Origin: Candidatus Micrarchaeota archaeon
Lineage (GTDB): Archaea; Micrarchaeota; Micrarchaeia; Anstonellales; Bilamarchaeaceae
Assembly (NCBI GenBank): GCA_038046805.1
Contig: JBBSVO010000008.1
Coordinates: forward strand, 1-28,731
Reading direction: 5' to 3'
DNA: 28,731 nt
Positions 26,251-28,731 of the stretch are shown one piece after another. The notes below the pieces were generated by a model, which had not been told where the DNA came from, did not search any database, and saw nothing but the letters and a program-made list of their open reading frames with translations. Made by a program: the position numbers and the translations under genes. Within the stretch, counting starts at the first letter, position 1. Every line of letters starts with the position of its first letter.

Positions 26251-27129
26251 CTACTGATGCGCGGATTCAAAAACATGATTTCCACGTGAATTGCAATATA
26301 AATTCGGTTGAACCAATTCTTCAAAAGTAGGTGGCCTTTCAAGTAATTGCATTATCAATCCGGCACCAAGAGCCGGTCCAGCTTCAATTAAAAATCGAAT
26401 CGCAATCAAATGCCTATTTTCGGTAAAGAAATTGGCAATTGTATAAAGATCATCACTCTTGATTTGTACCGGATTCGTTTCTTGTAGTTTTTGATCTACT
26501 TTATCATACGACTCCCTGAATCTATCAGACACACCTTCCAAAACACTATGCTCTTCTAAGACGAGCATAGTAGTGCCAATTGCCACTAATTCCTTAAGCG
26601 GAAGCTTCGCAATGCCATTTCGCGCAGCGCGCATTACTTCTTCGTCAAAATTTCCGGTTTCTATTTTTTTTAATAAGGAGATATTTTCGGATGTAAACCG
26701 TCTTGATTCTTCAATATGCCTTGCGTGCAACAGATGGACAAACTCGTGGATAGTGACTTTTTTCACAAATTTTATTACCATTTCAGTATGTTCCCGGACT
26801 AATTCGGAATCGGGCGTATGCCCGCCCAATCCATATTTTTCAATCTTGGTTTCAACGATTCTGCGAATTGGTAAATAGATTACTCTCCCCCATATAGCCC
26901 ACCCCATTGTGACGGGCTGCTTAAAACCGAAAGATTTGTCTTGGAGATAAAGATGCATATCATAACCAGGGATTCTTTTCAATACAATTAGTTTTTCTAT
27001 TTCTCCTTCTCTGATGCTTATGCCAGTAGCTTTTTCAATGCGTCTTTTCTGCTCACGCAAAAATGCTCTTGGATCAACTGCAGCATGTACTGCATCGAGC
27101 ATGTGCCTTCTTACTTCTCGCCTTGTCAT
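26251..27129 (-). CDS. Hypothetical protein with HExxH zinc-metallopeptidase motif
   Basis: VTIHEFVHLLH, with LKELVA downstream as a possible third ligand. TTTAAATA box ~23 nt upstream. Confidence 0.65.
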   Translation of the reverse strand: MTRREVRRHMLDAVHAAVDPRAFLREQKRRIEKATGISIREGEIEKLIVLKRIPGYDMHLYLQDKSFGFKQPVTMGWAIWGRVIYLPIRRIVETKIEKYGLGGHTPDSELVREHTEMVIKFVKKVTIHEFVHLLHARHIEESRRFTSENISLLKKIETGNFDEEVMRAARNGIAKLPLKELVAIGTTMLVLEEHSVLEGVSDRFRESYDKVDQKLQETNPVQIKSDDLYTIANFFTENRHLIAIRFLIEAGPALGAGLIMQLLERPPTFEELVQPNLYCNSRGNHVFESAHQ

Positions 27130-27236
27130 ATTATATGATTGTGGTAAGTAGTGTATTTAAAGATGCTCTTTGGGCAAGGAAAGCAAATAATCTTGGCGGG
27201 TTTTCTTTCCTTTTTTTATTTTTTATATTTTTAAGC

Positions 27237-27357
27237 GAAACGTTGAACTCAAAACTCGGAAATCTAAACGGGAAACTCCAGACCAGTGTCTCATTGCCCA
27301 ATGTCCATTGCTCACTGCTCAAAGCCAGCAAGACTCAAAACTCAAGACCCTAGACTC
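27237..27357. repeat. Degenerate heptamer tandem repeats downstream of the glnA-like gene
   Basis: GAACTCA AAACTCG GAAATCT AAACGGG AAACTCC; CATTGCC CAATGTC CATTGCT CACTGCT; AAGACTC AAAACTC AAGACCC TAGACTC. Confidence 0.7.
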
Positions 27358-28720
27358 CAAAGTATCTGTCCATCTCCCATCGGTTTATGGATTTCGCTGA
27401 ATTCCTGTGTTCCTCAAGCTTCATTTCAACATAATCTCCGAGAAGCTCTGCGGAAAATACGCCTTTTAGGAATTTGATATCGCTATTAAGGGATTCCACC
27501 GCGCCCTTTAGGGTTTCGGGAAGTGGTTTGTTAGGGCCGGATTTCTTTTTTCCACTATCTCCTTCCAGAGGATCGCCTGGCTCAATCTTGTTTTTTATTC
27601 CGTCTATTCCCGCGGAAACGACTGCACTGAAAGCAAGATATGGATTGATTGCAGGATCTGCAAGAGTAAATGCAATCCGCTTGCGTTCCCGGTCATTTTT
27701 CTTTAGGTAGGGAACCTGAATCAATGAATTACTTCCCTTTCCCCAACCATATTGCTTTGGATCTGAGGCAAGCCTGCGATAGGAATTCGAGGTAGGATTG
27801 GTAAAAAGGCAGAGCGCTGGCGCGTGCTCAAGCAATCCACCGATATAATAACGGGCTGCCTGACTCATTTGCGCGTATTCATCGCTGGCATCATAGAATA
27901 AACTTGTATCTGAACCTTTCCAAAGACTCTGGTGAATATTACAGCTGCTTCCTTTTTCCCCTTCAACCGGATAAGGCATGAAGGACGCGACGGCATTTCC
28001 AACAAGGGCTATGTTTTTTGCAACAAGGCGAAGAGTGGCAAATGCATCTGCAGCACCTTTCAATGATTTATGCGATATGTCAACGCATTGTTGGCCAGAT
28101 TGTCCTCTTCCGTGATGATGGGATTCTACCGGAATGCCAAACTGTTCTTCAAGCGTGTCACTCAATTGATTTCTCGCTGGATATAACGAATCTGTAGGTG
28201 GAGAAACAAATGAACCGCTTTTCCTGTACGCAAGAGGGGATGGACTCCAGGGAGATTCACGGGAATCAACCAACGTGCCTCCACCTCTGCCTACTGCTGT
28301 ACGCTCAGTTGTCGCATTCTCAAACATATAAAATTCAGTTTCTGTGCCAATACGACACTCTTTCATGCCGAGTGCCTCGAGATTTGTTTCGACACGCTCT
28401 ATAGTGTAACGCGAATCTTTTACAAAACGTTCTCCGGTTATTGCTACAACAACATCGCAAATAAGCCGTATTGAAGAATTTTCCCATGGAACCCTTGCCA
28501 ATGACTCTGGATCTGGAAGAAGAATTAATTCGCCCTGCTCGCTCTTTCCGAAAACCTCAGAAAGATCTGCGGCAGAGATTCCTTTTGTAAAGGATGACTC
28601 TTCCAAGTCGTTACGGGAGATTGAAACCCTGTGCATTGTTCCGAAAAGATCAAAGAACTGCAAGTCGATCCATTTGATTTCGTTTGTAGCGATATACTTC
28701 ATGACGTCTTCGATTGCCAT
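27350..28720 (-). CDS. glnA: Glutamine synthetase type I homologue with a degenerate active site
   Basis: IDLQFFDLFG, LLPD, GTETEFY, SFMPYP, IHQSLWK, YYIGGLLEHA, NSYRRL and DPAINPYLA give the GSI fold. Many catalytic residues are substituted. Confidence 0.9.
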   Translation of the reverse strand: MAIEDVMKYIATNEIKWIDLQFFDLFGTMHRVSISRNDLEESSFTKGISAADLSEVFGKSEQGELILLPDPESLARVPWENSSIRLICDVVVAITGERFVKDSRYTIERVETNLEALGMKECRIGTETEFYMFENATTERTAVGRGGGTLVDSRESPWSPSPLAYRKSGSFVSPPTDSLYPARNQLSDTLEEQFGIPVESHHHGRGQSGQQCVDISHKSLKGAADAFATLRLVAKNIALVGNAVASFMPYPVEGEKGSSCNIHQSLWKGSDTSLFYDASDEYAQMSQAARYYIGGLLEHAPALCLFTNPTSNSYRRLASDPKQYGWGKGSNSLIQVPYLKKNDRERKRIAFTLADPAINPYLAFSAVVSAGIDGIKNKIEPGDPLEGDSGKKKSGPNKPLPETLKGAVESLNSDIKFLKGVFSAELLGDYVEMKLEEHRNSAKSINRWEMDRYFGV

Positions 28721-28731
28721 TTTACCACCGA

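Noticed and set aside
27350..28720. glnA as a decayed pseudogene
   Set aside because: There are no stops or frameshifts, it is full length, the RBS is intact and structural motifs are conserved. Treated as a candidate pseudoenzyme instead.

Overview
Gene-dense archaeal chromosomal region. It is most likely from a DPANN Micrarchaeota-type organism, inferred from a three-unit epsilon2-like tRNA splicing endonuclease, a thermosome, a split GMP synthase subunit B, a GGGP synthase, TATA-box promoters and GGTGA ribosome-binding sites. Housekeeping genes (endA, pepA, ferredoxin, nreA, pyrE, GGGP synthase, EndoQ, guaAB, parvulin, endonuclease IV, thermosome, glnA-like) are interleaved with many single orphan genes. 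I found no transposase, integrase, cas gene or true CRISPR array. Highlights: (1) a tRNA-Gly(GCC) split by two introns (non-canonical 15/16 and canonical 37/38) near the splicing endonuclease; (2) a full-length glutamine synthetase homologue that has lost most catalytic residues; (3) a recurrent 45-57 bp 'X - reverse complement of X - X' hairpin structure that duplicates the stop-codon region of three unrelated genes; (4) a small protein with a twice-repeated AESNPSPAP motif conserved through synonymous changes, upstream of a parvulin; (5) orphan proteins with recognisable kinase, transglutaminase and HExxH protease motifs; (6) an unannotated 51-aa gene and heptamer-periodic 3' tracts. All calls come from reading the sequence by eye; no searches were run.
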